From a virus, in the IMG/VR virus record IMGVR_UViG_3300013093_000001, positions 1 through 64,000 of that record: 64,000 nt of DNA. One strand, 5' to 3'. The notes beneath the pieces were generated by a model. The model did not search any database, was not told the DNA's origin, and saw only the letters and a list, made by a program, of their open reading frames with translations. The translations under genes and the position numbers were made by a program. Every line of letters starts with the position of its first letter. Within the stretch, counting starts at the first letter, position 1. Positions 1 to 9,479 of this stretch are shown piece after piece.

Positions 1-412
1 GGGTTGGCGACTGATCCTCCACCACCCCATTGTTGTAGAAGCAATTAAGCAACGTGCTACAGGCATTGCGGAAGCGGCCAACGACATGTCAATTACGCGC
101 AACGCGGAAGAAAAAGCGGACTATGTGGTGACAATCCAGAACTGGAGTCCCAGCAGTTCGACTAGGGCCAGGGCTCGCGTCAAGACCGGCAATTTAATGG
201 CAAAGCTGGACAACGCTTCCCATTCAACGCTGTTACATGCGATGGATATGTTCCCCAGCGACCCTAAAGACAATGAGTCAGCCAGCTACAATTACGGTCA
301 CGAAGATTATCAACCCGAAGAAAAAACGATTTACCACTCCAAACAAACATTCGACAACGGGCAGACGGTGTATCGTGACAAGTCCGGTCGATTTACGCGC
401 GGACCGAAGTAA
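1..412 (+). CDS. Head-to-tail connector/neck-region protein (5' truncated by window edge)
   Basis: The frame of ORF 86..412 is open back to position 2. It lies immediately upstream of the tail terminator and major tail genes. The call is mainly by synteny. Confidence 0.55.
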   Translation, partial: GWRLILHHPIVVEAIKQRATGIAEAANDMSITRNAEEKADYVVTIQNWSPSSSTRARARVKTGNLMAKLDNASHSTLLHAMDMFPSDPKDNESASYNYGHEDYQPEEKTIYHSKQTFDNGQTVYRDKSGRFTRGPK

Positions 413-414
413 CC

Positions 415-867
415 ATGACCAGACCCTATCCCACTACAGCCCCGCCACCGACCGGTGGGCTCGCTATCAGCTACTTCACGCCATTAATGGCTCCAACGCC
501 CGTCGCAACCCGGCTGCCGCAACCAAGCAAAACCGATGACACGGTCAACGGATTCCTACGTGTTGAGTCATCTGGCGGCTTCCTGCGCGCAGATGGGTTG
601 CTGTATGACGTGGGGGTCATTTTGCACGCTTACGCGCCCAACAGCGCGGAGAGTGCGGCTGAGCAGTTGTTGGCGACCGCGTTGGGTTGGGGTGGTAACG
701 CTATGGGTACAACCATTACTCACCCCAGCAGTCAGGTTCAATACTTTGTCGCTTTTTCCCGCGTCAGTGGAGCCGGTGTTCGGCTCCAAGACCCGCTGGT
801 CAACTTGACCCGATTTGTCGGTAAGGTGTCATGGCGGCTCCAGGGCCGCTACGTCGCATCAAGCTGA
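415..867 (+). CDS. Tail terminator / tail completion protein
   Basis: 150 aa; VATRLP..., FLRVESSGG, ILHAYA, QDP..LTRF pattern typical of actinophage tail terminators; position before the major tail gene. Confidence 0.7.
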   Translation: MTRPYPTTAPPPTGGLAISYFTPLMAPTPVATRLPQPSKTDDTVNGFLRVESSGGFLRADGLLYDVGVILHAYAPNSAESAAEQLLATALGWGGNAMGTTITHPSSQVQYFVAFSRVSGAGVRLQDPLVNLTRFVGKVSWRLQGRYVASS

Positions 868-1237
868 GGTGTTCCTCCCGGACACATAAGCGGTTCTTAC
901 ATAGGTGGGTGACTATCGCATTGACCGGTATGGGTCCGTGTATTTGCTCCCACGCCACCCTGTGAACGTAGAGCAGGCGGTGGCCGGACCAGATAGCGCC
1001 GAAGCCGCTTTTATGGCGGTACCCCGTCCACACGGAACACTGTCCGAGGGTAGGGTCGGCTGGCAGGCCACCGTAGATTTGTATGGAGTTCAGTAGGCGG
1101 TCAGTGAAGGGTGCACGGTGTCCGATCATGTTGGTGGGGCCGGGACCACCGTAGCGGCGTAGACGTTCATAGTGCATACGACACAAGTTCCGCGCATAGG
1201 CGCGTTTATCACAGATTCGGCAGCTATTCGTGCTCAT
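800..1237 (-). CDS. HNH homing endonuclease
   Basis: N-terminal CxxC...LC..HY zinc finger, then CSVWTG...YVHRVAW...HLCKNRLCV..EHL. Antisense insertion in the tail operon. Confidence 0.85.
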   Translation of the reverse strand: MSTNSCRICDKRAYARNLCRMHYERLRRYGGPGPTNMIGHRAPFTDRLLNSIQIYGGLPADPTLGQCSVWTGYRHKSGFGAIWSGHRLLYVHRVAWEQIHGPIPVNAIVTHLCKNRLCVREEHLSLMRRSGPGAAMTPYRQIGSS

Positions 1238-1306
1238 CGGCCTCCAGCGTACTAGGCAAATGAAAGGTCAGCATCGACACGCCGCACCTCAACCTGGAAA
1301 CCGGGA

Positions 1307-1312
1307 TATAAT
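1307..1312 (+). promoter_or_regulatory. Putative -10 element (TATAAT) upstream of major tail gene
   Basis: Perfect TATAAT about 45 nt before the ATG at 1357, which has a purine-rich RBS (AGGAAGAGGA). Confidence 0.5.
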
Positions 1313-1356
1313 CATGTCACGCTTCCCAGTAAGTTCCGTCAACAGGAAGAGGAATT

Positions 1357-1953
1357 ATGAGTTACCCAGTTTTCGGGCAGGAACTCCAGGTCATGGAGGT
1401 CGCTGCTCCGCTCCCCAAGGTCAGCGGTGGCGTACTGTACGCTCCGCTCGGTACCACCCTCCCCAGCGACGCGACGACCGCGATTGGTGCACCGTTTGTG
1501 ACGTTGGGTCGTGTTTCGAATGAGGGTGTGGACCGTACCGAGGACCGTGGTCAGGTAGAGGTATTCGACTGGGGAACCAACTTGGTTGCCAGCTTGCAGG
1601 ACAAGTACGCGCTGACCATCAAGTTCAAGCTGCTGCAGATCGCTAACGCGGACGTGACTCGCGCTGTCCGAGGTAAGAGCAACGTCGGCGTTACCGCCGC
1701 CACCCTCAGCAGCGGCAACCTGATCACCAGTGCTCTTAACCCGACGCTGCTCGACACGGGCGTGTGGGTCATCGACGCATACTACATGGCGCAGTCCATG
1801 CGGCTGGTCTTGCCCAATGCCCGGGTCGTGCAAGTCGGACCTGTGCAGTGGGCAAGCAAGCAGTTGACCATGTACGACCTGACACTTCGTCCGTTCCCCG
1901 ACACCAACGGCAACCACGCCTATGAGTACTGGAACGACGGTCAGGTGCTGTGA
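1357..1953 (+). CDS. Major tail protein
   Basis: 198 aa; GGVLYAPLGTTLP.DA...LGRVS.EGV...WG...YDLTL..FPD..GN.AYEY is typical of actinophage tail tube proteins. Confidence 0.88.
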   Translation: MSYPVFGQELQVMEVAAPLPKVSGGVLYAPLGTTLPSDATTAIGAPFVTLGRVSNEGVDRTEDRGQVEVFDWGTNLVASLQDKYALTIKFKLLQIANADVTRAVRGKSNVGVTAATLSSGNLITSALNPTLLDTGVWVIDAYYMAQSMRLVLPNARVVQVGPVQWASKQLTMYDLTLRPFPDTNGNHAYEYWNDGQVL

Positions 1954-2375
1954 CAACCAGCACCAGGAAAGTTACACCCCGTAAGTCTGCACGGAAGGCC
2001 GCACGTCCCGTCAACAAAGAAGTTGACGGGACTGCGGTCACACCGCCTGAGCGGTTTGACTTACCGGAGCAGCAAGACGATCAGCACCCAGCGTATGGAA
2101 AGCGCCGGTTGTACCGGTATCAACCCAAAGGTGGGCAACCGGAGATTGTCTTTCCGCATATCACAACGGTTTCTGTCAATCCCAAATTCTTCTGGCGTAT
2201 TTACCCGATGAATGAGATGTTCCAGAGTTTTGAGTGGATGATTCAGGCTGAAGTACCGCGTGATATTCAAGCGCAGGTCATGGACTTGAATGATCGGGAA
2301 CAGGCCGACTTTTTCAGGGGATGGTTTTCTGACATCACCGCGCCGCAGGGGGTTTCTCCGCCGGGGGAATCATAA
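1950..2375 (+). CDS. Tail assembly chaperone (gpG-like)
   Basis: Lies between major tail and tape measure genes; ends CCG GGG GAA TCA TAA with a slippery site. Confidence 0.85.
   Translation: MTTSTRKVTPRKSARKAARPVNKEVDGTAVTPPERFDLPEQQDDQHPAYGKRRLYRYQPKGGQPEIVFPHITTVSVNPKFFWRIYPMNEMFQSFEWMIQAEVPRDIQAQVMDLNDREQADFFRGWFSDITAPQGVSPPGES
2363..2369 (+). other. Programmed -1 ribosomal frameshift site G GGG GAA
   Basis: The heptamer is in phase with the chaperone codons, and the -1 frame continues into ORF 2375..2755. It matches the GGGGGAA slippery sequence known from mycobacteriophage tail chaperones. Confidence 0.85.
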
Positions 2376-2755
2376 TGCTGGGCTGGGTCGTCGGCAAGCA
2401 CTGGCACGCGTTGGTCAGGGATGTCCTGGCGTTGGGGTACAAATCCGGCGACATGTTCAAAAGTTTGGACTTGGCAGAAATGTTGTCCATTGTTGTGGCG
2501 GCCCCACCCGGTAGCAGTGTGAGGTTTGCGTTGGATGAAGGCTGGTCCCGCACCGATCATTTGCTCGCAAATTTGCAAGAGGGTAATGCGGGGTTAGCGG
2601 ATTTGACGAAACCCTATGAGCGTCCTGGTCAACGAGCCGGTACTTCCTTCGGTAATGCGGATGTGATGACGTGGGAAGAGATGGACGAAATGGACCGCCG
2701 TCGTGCGTCACAGGTTGAGGTTGCCCAACCCGCGTCGAATGTGAGGGTATTTTGA
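2375..2755 (+). CDS. Tail assembly chaperone, frameshifted C-terminal part (gpT-like)
   Basis: In the -1 frame relative to 1950..2375; W..TDHLLANL...KPYERPG motif; overlaps the tape measure start. Confidence 0.82.
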   Translation: MLGWVVGKHWHALVRDVLALGYKSGDMFKSLDLAEMLSIVVAAPPGSSVRFALDEGWSRTDHLLANLQEGNAGLADLTKPYERPGQRAGTSFGNADVMTWEEMDEMDRRRASQVEVAQPASNVRVF

Positions 2756-5700
2756 CCGCCGCCGCTGGGGGAGAATTAGGGACAGTTTGGGTTAACGTCG
2801 TCCCGTCGATGGCTGGCGTGGTTGCCAGGATGACAGCTGAGGGTAAGCAGGCTGGCGATAAGTTCTCCAGCAGCTTTATGAATACCTTCAAGGGGATCGT
2901 TGAGGGTGACAATCCGGGTGCTGATTTCGGTAACAAGTTCATGCTCTCAGCCATGGAGGCGGTTGCCAGTACCGCTACGGATCGCATGCGGGATGCAATC
3001 AAAGGTGTCGGTAGCGCCGCCGCGACGACGATGATGTCGGAATTTGACTCCGTTGTTCATGGTCAGATGCCGAGTTTCATGCAGGCGTTTGACTTGCTGG
3101 AAGACAGCACAATGAAGCTCGTCAAAGCAATCCCGCTAATCGGGGGTGCTTTTGCTGGAACCATTGAAACAGTGTTGCCCTATTTCGATCAATTCAAGGA
3201 AATGGGTGGTCAACTGACTGACACGTTACTGGAAATCGGTAACGAGTATCAGGAAGTGGCCCGTAAGGTTGCCTCTCAGGGCATGGACTTCAGCCAGATC
3301 GATAATTTGACTAACGCCGTCAGGGACATCATGGCGTCCGGTGCAATTCTGCACTTTGAGGACGTTGGCAATACAATCGGTCGGCTGGGTCAGAATATAG
3401 AGGGTCTGAACCTTGGTCAACTCAAAGAACTGACTAAAACGATGGCCGAGTCCATTGAGTTGGTCGGTAAGTATGACCCCACCCAGTTTGCTGGCGCGAT
3501 CAATGCCTTCTCAATTCCGGCTGAGAAAGCCAATGAGGCTCTTATCCACTTGACGAATATGTCAGAAAAAACTGGCATCTCAATGGTCAAGTTGCTGGGC
3601 GATATGAAAACTTCCGGCGCCGCCTTGAGGGAGTTGGGTTACGGCTTGGATCAGACGGCGGCAATTTTTGCGTTGATGGAAAAGGGTGGCGACCAGGCGC
3701 TGCGTGCCTCGTTCCTATTTAACCGCGCTGTTAAGGAATTCCTCAAGGAGGGGAAAGTTCCGAAAGACGCGATGAAATCTCTGCTAGAAGTCACGAAGGA
3801 AATGATTAGCAATGGCGAGGGTGATGCCGCCATTAAGATGCTCTACACGTATTTCGGTGACCGTGGCGCTACCTTCATTAAAGATGCTGTTGAGCGCGGC
3901 CTGCTGAAACCAGCTGATATGCAAGCCGCTATGGCCGGTCTGGACGACAGCCTTGAAGGGCAGTTGGAGAAAACCAAGTCCCTGGGAGATGCAGTAGAAA
4001 TTATCGGCCAGCAGATGCGGGCGGCTTTAGAGCCAGCTGGGATCGGTCTCGCTCAGAATCTCGTCAAGATGGGTAATTCCATCTCGACCTGGTTGGCTAA
4101 GCATCAGGGTGACATTGCTACATGGGCAGCTAATTGTGAGAGCATTTTTGTTGACGTGATGGGCAGAGCGGCCAACTTTTTCGGTGACCTGATGAATTTC
4201 ATCGGACCGTTCATTGACTTCACAATTAAATGGGTGGCTCAACTCAGTGATCTGACAGCGCAATTCGTTCACATGTTCACCTATCTAGGTGCAAACATTC
4301 CTATATTCAAGGACAGTCGTTTCGGTCATTTCTTCCAATCCGCTAATGACGCGGTCAACCAGTTCTCGAAAATGGCTGAGCGTGCAGAATTTTTCGACTG
4401 GGCCGGAATGATCAACACAGGTGATGAAAAGCTACACCAATTCACTGGTGTTGTTTTGCCGCAACTCACGGCTGGTCTGGCTGACTCAGCGCAGGGATTC
4501 AAAAATCTTCAAGATGCTACGAACGCATACTTGACGGGAATTGACAGCGGTGACCTTAATCAAGCGTTTAAGCCGCTACTTGATGCTGAAGGTAAGTTTG
4601 CGGGTAAGGACGCTGAGCATCCGCTGTTCCGGTTATTGGGTGATAAGAAGCATTGGGATGAAGTAAAAGCAGCGTTGATGGACCTGGGCGTGGCAGCGAA
4701 AATTGATGCCCAGGGTGTCGTATATGAGTTGAGCTATGTTGGCGACAAAGCCAACAAGGCCCGGACGATGATGGAAGAGTTTTTCAAGACAATGCAGGAA
4801 GACTCCAAACCCGTCAAGCAGGGTTTGGAACCGGTGGACGGGGACGGCAATGCCGTTAAGGACACTAGCGACCTCGTCGGTCCAGGTACGCAGAAGCTGA
4901 CTATTGATGCCAGCGGTAACATTTCTGGGCTTTTACCGCCTGGTGTCGTTGCTGGTCCTGGTGGTGTTCCAACACCGGCTTACATGCTGCCAGGTAGCCT
5001 TCCCGCTGCGCCGCAAATACCGGCACTTGATCCGAATATTCTGACCGGTCCTTACGGTAGGTTGCCTGGTGGTGTAGGACCGGCAACCTCGCCGTCTTCG
5101 ACACCTGCTGCGCCGTCAGGGCAACCAATGTCACTGCCCCCGTTTAGTGGTGCACCAAGTCAGGCTAATATAGCTGGTTACATTTTTCAGGCCGCTAAAT
5201 CAGTTGGTTTCAGCGACAGTGACGCGACGAAAATTGTTGCGTACTCTGTTGGAGAAAGTAGCCTTAACCCCAGCATTAGTGGCGGTCCGCAGGTTCCACA
5301 GGGGGGTACGCCTGCCGCTAACCCAGAGGATGACACGGTTCGGGGCTTGTTCCAGGAAAAGCCGGACTTTCTTCGGAGTGCCGGGGTTGACCCCTACGCG
5401 GGTGGTTCTGTAACGGAGAACGTGCAGGCCTATCTGACTCACCTACTTGAGAACAGAAACGCCACTGGTTTTAATGGCAACTCCTTCGGCCCAGCAGGAA
5501 CCATTGAAAATATGCTCGCGGCGACGAGTAAGGGTGGTCCGTTAGGTACCAACCCCATCAGTCCACATTGGGAAGATTTTCAGAAAACTGCTGCTGATTT
5601 ACTGAAGCAGCAGCAGCCGTCGAATGCGCCTACACCAGTCATGCCTTCTGGTACGCCGTCGCAACCACTCTATACAATGCCCGCACCGAACATGTCGGGT

Positions 5701-8700
5701 GGACCGCCCAAGGGAACTTTGAATGATCCGCTGTACGTAATCGTGACATCCGGTGGCGCGGGGTCTGCCGCGTCTGTCAGCAACAGCGGTCTGGCTACAC
5801 CGGGCTTAACTACGGGTGGTGTACCACTAATCATTCCGAACACTAGCGGTAGCCTGGGTAACTCTCACCTGGGTAGCGGGTCTGCACCCGGTCCTGGCAG
5901 CAGCCCCAACACTCATCATGGTAGCGGGACACCACCCGGTCCTTCCGCGTCACACACGGCTCCTGGTTCCCACACCGCGCCTGGTTCCCACACTGCTCCC
6001 GACGGGCAACAGCACACGCCGGGAACGGGGGCTTGGTCGTGGAAGAAAGGCAACACGCTCGTCGGTCCTCTGCTGGCTACGGAACCAGAAGGTGCTGGTC
6101 CCGAGGGTGCTACCGGATATGAGTGGTTCCCCGGCGCTACACCTACCGACGCAACAGCAGCCCAAGTCAATGGTGTCAATGGTAGTGGGTCGGCGATTCC
6201 AGGCGGCAGTTTCGGTCCGTTCCCCGTTAGCGACCCCCGTTATGGGCAGCAAAATCCTGATCGTGCTAAATACGATCAGCAACTGCACGCAAAGTGGGAT
6301 TCAATCCTCTCGGGTACACCGGTGTCCATTTACGACATTGAATCCCTACCCAAAAACGCGCAAGATTATATTGCGGCCCACCCGGAATCCATCAAGCATG
6401 GGCTCAACAAATTACAAGAAACTCAGAGTCTAGACCGCGACGGTAATCTTTATGACGGGAAGAGTGGTGTTCTTCCTTTCGGCGGCGTCAATGACCTGCT
6501 TAAAGGACAGCCTTCTAAGAAAAACGTCACGCCGAGGACTTTCTTCAATGCGGAGGACCAGAAGACGTGGGATGCGATTGCCGACTGGTTCTCAAAGACC
6601 AGCGATCACGGCATTGGCGTACCTGACGGCCTAGCTGACCTGTGGAATCAAATTGTTGACACACCATCAGTTTGGGACATGGTGAAGGATTCGTGGCTGT
6701 TTTATCAAAATCCTGATAACAACCAGCCGCCGCTGCCCGGAGGTCCAGATAACACACCTGTCCATGTAGAGCCGCCGCCGCCGCCTGCTCACCACCAGTA
6801 CGGACAGTTCCCTTGGGAACAAACTCCGCATCATTTTGGTGGGATGATTGGTTTTTCCGGCGGCGGTGACACCGTATCGGTCAAAACGAATCCAATACCC
6901 GGTATCGGATATCCAGGAATGGGTGCAAGTTCCAGTATCGAATTGTACCGAAAACCCGATGGTACGTGGACCTCTACGGACCCGACCTGGGCACACCTCA
7001 TCAATCGGGAGTCTTCCGGTATCTCAAACATCATTCAGCAGATTACTGATGTCAACAGCGGCGGCAATGAAGCAGAGGGTTTATTTCAAATCACTCCAGA
7101 AAATTGGCGGCTGCTGGGTGGTACCGCTTACGCGCCTACCCCAAGGCAGGCAACGCCGCAGCAGCAGGCCGAGATTGCGGCGAAGTTGTTTAGTATCAAC
7201 CCCAACGGCAAAGACTGGGGTGCAAATCTGCCGGGGAGGGAGTCCAGTGCTGGTTTACAGAGCGGCCTTCGTTTAACGCCGCAATCCCCAGTGTTACCTG
7301 GCTTCACCGGTGGCGGTAGTCCCTGGGTTCAGGGTAGTTGGTTGCCGGGGCGCGACACCATTCCTGCTGCGCTTGAGGTCGGTGAATATGTTGTGCGTCG
7401 AGATCAGGCTCAAAAGCACAAGGGACTGTTGGACGCTGTCAATTACGGCCTTAAGGGTTTCGCCGGGGGCGGTTCTGTCGCTATCGACACCACTGGCGCC
7501 CAGGTGGACACAATTGCGGCGACAGAAGCAATCGCACAGGTGTTCCCCGGTGTCAGCAGTTTTGGCCTCTATCATGGTCCTGACGGCTATAACGAACACA
7601 GTTCCGGAGAGGCTGTGGACGTTATGGTCGGCAACGATACGGCTCTGGGTAATGCGGTGGCGAGCTTTGTGCTGGCAAACAGTCAAGCGTTGGGTGTTGA
7701 GTATGCGTTGTGGCAGCAAACGCAGTGGAATCCTGACGGTACATCGTCTCGTATGAGTGATCGTGGTTCGCCGACGCAGAACCACATGGATCATGTTCAC
7801 GTTAGGACGCAAGGTGGTGGCTTCCCGCAAGGGGGTGGTCCCGGTCCGCAGGGAACGGGAGACATGCCAGCGGGCACGTCCTCCACGCCAGCGCCAGCAG
7901 CCTATGGGTTTACCTTTGCTGGAATGAATGGCGGCGGCGGCGGGTACGGCGGCGGCGGCGGGTACGGCGGCGGCGGCGGGTACGGCGGCGGCGGCGGGTA
8001 CGGCGGCGGCGGCGGCGGTTTAACGTATGCGACGTTATCTGGTGCTATCAAGGGAGGTGGTCAGGAGCCAAATTACAGCAACGACCCAGAATTTGTTCCT
8101 TCAGGTAGTTTACCGTTTGGGCCAACAACGCCGAGCGGGGTGCGATATGAACCCGCACCCTATGACACGACGAAGAAAGCCTATGCCGATTGGGAATTAC
8201 GCCGTTTGCGGCACGCGAATAAAATGGCTGCCCGGCCACAAGAAGACGCATCAGACGACCTCAAATTGACGGAGTTGCAAACGAAATATGACAACGCTGA
8301 CACCGTGTATAGAGCTCGCGAAAAGGAGTATGAGGCGCTAACGCCGCAGGAGCAGAACGTACGAAGCCAAGAATTCATTGGCGACGGTAAGAATAGCTTG
8401 CAGTCGTTGGCTGCGGCTGCTAACGCAGCAAACGCGGAGTTGGAGAAGTTCAAGACGAGCCTCACTACGAAGCGTGGTGAGCGGGAAATTGAGGATCAGG
8501 TTCCAGACGAGAGTCTTGAGGGTCCGACGCCGTACAAACCCAAGGGTGGTGCTGCCAAACAGACCCCTGACAAGAATGCTGAGCGTTTCGGCTCTGGATT
8601 CACGCGCGGTATTTTGCAGGAGTTAGGTTTTCCAGAGGTATTCGGCAAGCCGCCAAATCAGTGGGGCAGCGTCAAGCTGGGCGAAAATGTCCTCGGCGCT

Positions 8701-9054
8701 TTTATGAGCATCTTTACTAACCCGTTGCAGGGTGGACCGCAGAATGGGCAGAGTTTGCTGGACATGTTCGGTGGTGGCGCCGCAGAGTTGGGTGGACCGC
8801 AACTGAAAATCAAAATCCCGGCAAGAAATGATAGAGACCCGACCGGTGCCGCGAATGCTGATTTACCTGGCAGGATGACTGACAATAGGGACACAAGGCC
8901 GGGAAGGTCGCAGAATAACAACCACACTGTCAACTATTTTCACGATCAGCGCGGGGCTGTCGTAGGATCAGGTGAAACAGCAGATTTCGTGACTCAACAA
9001 ATATCCCAGGCGGCGAAGCTGGTCAGTTCGTTTACGCGCGCAATCCCGGCGTGA
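2752..9054 (+). CDS. Tape measure protein with C-terminal cell-wall hydrolase domains
   Basis: 2100 aa. ELGTVWVNVVPSM N-terminus and ~700-aa helical region. Two transglycosylase-like motifs (ESSLNP...GLFQ; INRESSG...GLFQITPENW...ATPQQQAEIA) and a zinc-peptidase-like motif (EHSSGEAVDVMV...NHMDHVHV). Confidence 0.93.
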   Translation: MTAAAGGELGTVWVNVVPSMAGVVARMTAEGKQAGDKFSSSFMNTFKGIVEGDNPGADFGNKFMLSAMEAVASTATDRMRDAIKGVGSAAATTMMSEFDSVVHGQMPSFMQAFDLLEDSTMKLVKAIPLIGGAFAGTIETVLPYFDQFKEMGGQLTDTLLEIGNEYQEVARKVASQGMDFSQIDNLTNAVRDIMASGAILHFEDVGNTIGRLGQNIEGLNLGQLKELTKTMAESIELVGKYDPTQFAGAINAFSIPAEKANEALIHLTNMSEKTGISMVKLLGDMKTSGAALRELGYGLDQTAAIFALMEKGGDQALRASFLFNRAVKEFLKEGKVPKDAMKSLLEVTKEMISNGEGDAAIKMLYTYFGDRGATFIKDAVERGLLKPADMQAAMAGLDDSLEGQLEKTKSLGDAVEIIGQQMRAALEPAGIGLAQNLVKMGNSISTWLAKHQGDIATWAANCESIFVDVMGRAANFFGDLMNFIGPFIDFTIKWVAQLSDLTAQFVHMFTYLGANIPIFKDSRFGHFFQSANDAVNQFSKMAERAEFFDWAGMINTGDEKLHQFTGVVLPQLTAGLADSAQGFKNLQDATNAYLTGIDSGDLNQAFKPLLDAEGKFAGKDAEHPLFRLLGDKKHWDEVKAALMDLGVAAKIDAQGVVYELSYVGDKANKARTMMEEFFKTMQEDSKPVKQGLEPVDGDGNAVKDTSDLVGPGTQKLTIDASGNISGLLPPGVVAGPGGVPTPAYMLPGSLPAAPQIPALDPNILTGPYGRLPGGVGPATSPSSTPAAPSGQPMSLPPFSGAPSQANIAGYIFQAAKSVGFSDSDATKIVAYSVGESSLNPSISGGPQVPQGGTPAANPEDDTVRGLFQEKPDFLRSAGVDPYAGGSVTENVQAYLTHLLENRNATGFNGNSFGPAGTIENMLAATSKGGPLGTNPISPHWEDFQKTAADLLKQQQPSNAPTPVMPSGTPSQPLYTMPAPNMSGGPPKGTLNDPLYVIVTSGGAGSAASVSNSGLATPGLTTGGVPLIIPNTSGSLGNSHLGSGSAPGPGSSPNTHHGSGTPPGPSASHTAPGSHTAPGSHTAPDGQQHTPGTGAWSWKKGNTLVGPLLATEPEGAGPEGATGYEWFPGATPTDATAAQVNGVNGSGSAIPGGSFGPFPVSDPRYGQQNPDRAKYDQQLHAKWDSILSGTPVSIYDIESLPKNAQDYIAAHPESIKHGLNKLQETQSLDRDGNLYDGKSGVLPFGGVNDLLKGQPSKKNVTPRTFFNAEDQKTWDAIADWFSKTSDHGIGVPDGLADLWNQIVDTPSVWDMVKDSWLFYQNPDNNQPPLPGGPDNTPVHVEPPPPPAHHQYGQFPWEQTPHHFGGMIGFSGGGDTVSVKTNPIPGIGYPGMGASSSIELYRKPDGTWTSTDPTWAHLINRESSGISNIIQQITDVNSGGNEAEGLFQITPENWRLLGGTAYAPTPRQATPQQQAEIAAKLFSINPNGKDWGANLPGRESSAGLQSGLRLTPQSPVLPGFTGGGSPWVQGSWLPGRDTIPAALEVGEYVVRRDQAQKHKGLLDAVNYGLKGFAGGGSVAIDTTGAQVDTIAATEAIAQVFPGVSSFGLYHGPDGYNEHSSGEAVDVMVGNDTALGNAVASFVLANSQALGVEYALWQQTQWNPDGTSSRMSDRGSPTQNHMDHVHVRTQGGGFPQGGGPGPQGTGDMPAGTSSTPAPAAYGFTFAGMNGGGGGYGGGGGYGGGGGYGGGGGYGGGGGGLTYATLSGAIKGGGQEPNYSNDPEFVPSGSLPFGPTTPSGVRYEPAPYDTTKKAYADWELRRLRHANKMAARPQEDASDDLKLTELQTKYDNADTVYRAREKEYEALTPQEQNVRSQEFIGDGKNSLQSLAAAANAANAELEKFKTSLTTKRGEREIEDQVPDESLEGPTPYKPKGGAAKQTPDKNAERFGSGFTRGILQELGFPEVFGKPPNQWGSVKLGENVLGAFMSIFTNPLQGGPQNGQSLLDMFGGGAAELGGPQLKIKIPARNDRDPTGAANADLPGRMTDNRDTRPGRSQNNNHTVNYFHDQRGAVVGSGETADFVTQQISQAAKLVSSFTRAIPA
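7930..8019 (+). repeat. Four perfect 18-nt tandem repeats (GGC GGC GGC GGC GGG TAC; GGGGGY) within tape measure gene
   Basis: Directly visible; followed by a further GGC run. Confidence 0.9.
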
Positions 9055-9098
9055 CGTAGAGCCGGTAGTTTCAAATAATAAATTGTATCGGAGCGGCT

Positions 9099-9479
9099 AT
9101 GAAAGCAAAGAGCGAGAAGGTGGCAGAGCCGGTGTCGGCTAGTCCCGCCACTGTGCAGCGTCATGGTAGTTGGCATCTCGTCACCTACGGTTGCTGGCAA
9201 ATCAGTGTCGATCCTGCCGGGGTTATCATGCTGCCACGGCATCTCCATCCGCGAGAGGTCGATGACTTTGTGGGATGTATGGCCGTGGCTAAGGATGTGG
9301 CGCTGACAGTGGTGTCCACGAATGAGCGGGCTACCGCTGTTGCCGCTACGCGACCTGGTGGGCGCAGCAGCAGCGCGGTTGTAATAACGCAGGGACCGCC
9401 GCCGCCAGGTCTGCAAAGGATTCCCACGCAGCAGCGTACCGCCACCATTGGGCGAGTTAAGAGCCGCACCAGTAAATGA
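9099..9479 (+). CDS. Hypothetical protein in tail operon
   Basis: ATG with GGAG RBS; 4-nt overlap with the next gene. Confidence 0.6.
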   Translation: MKAKSEKVAEPVSASPATVQRHGSWHLVTYGCWQISVDPAGVIMLPRHLHPREVDDFVGCMAVAKDVALTVVSTNERATAVAATRPGGRSSSAVVITQGPPPPGLQRIPTQQRTATIGRVKSRTSK

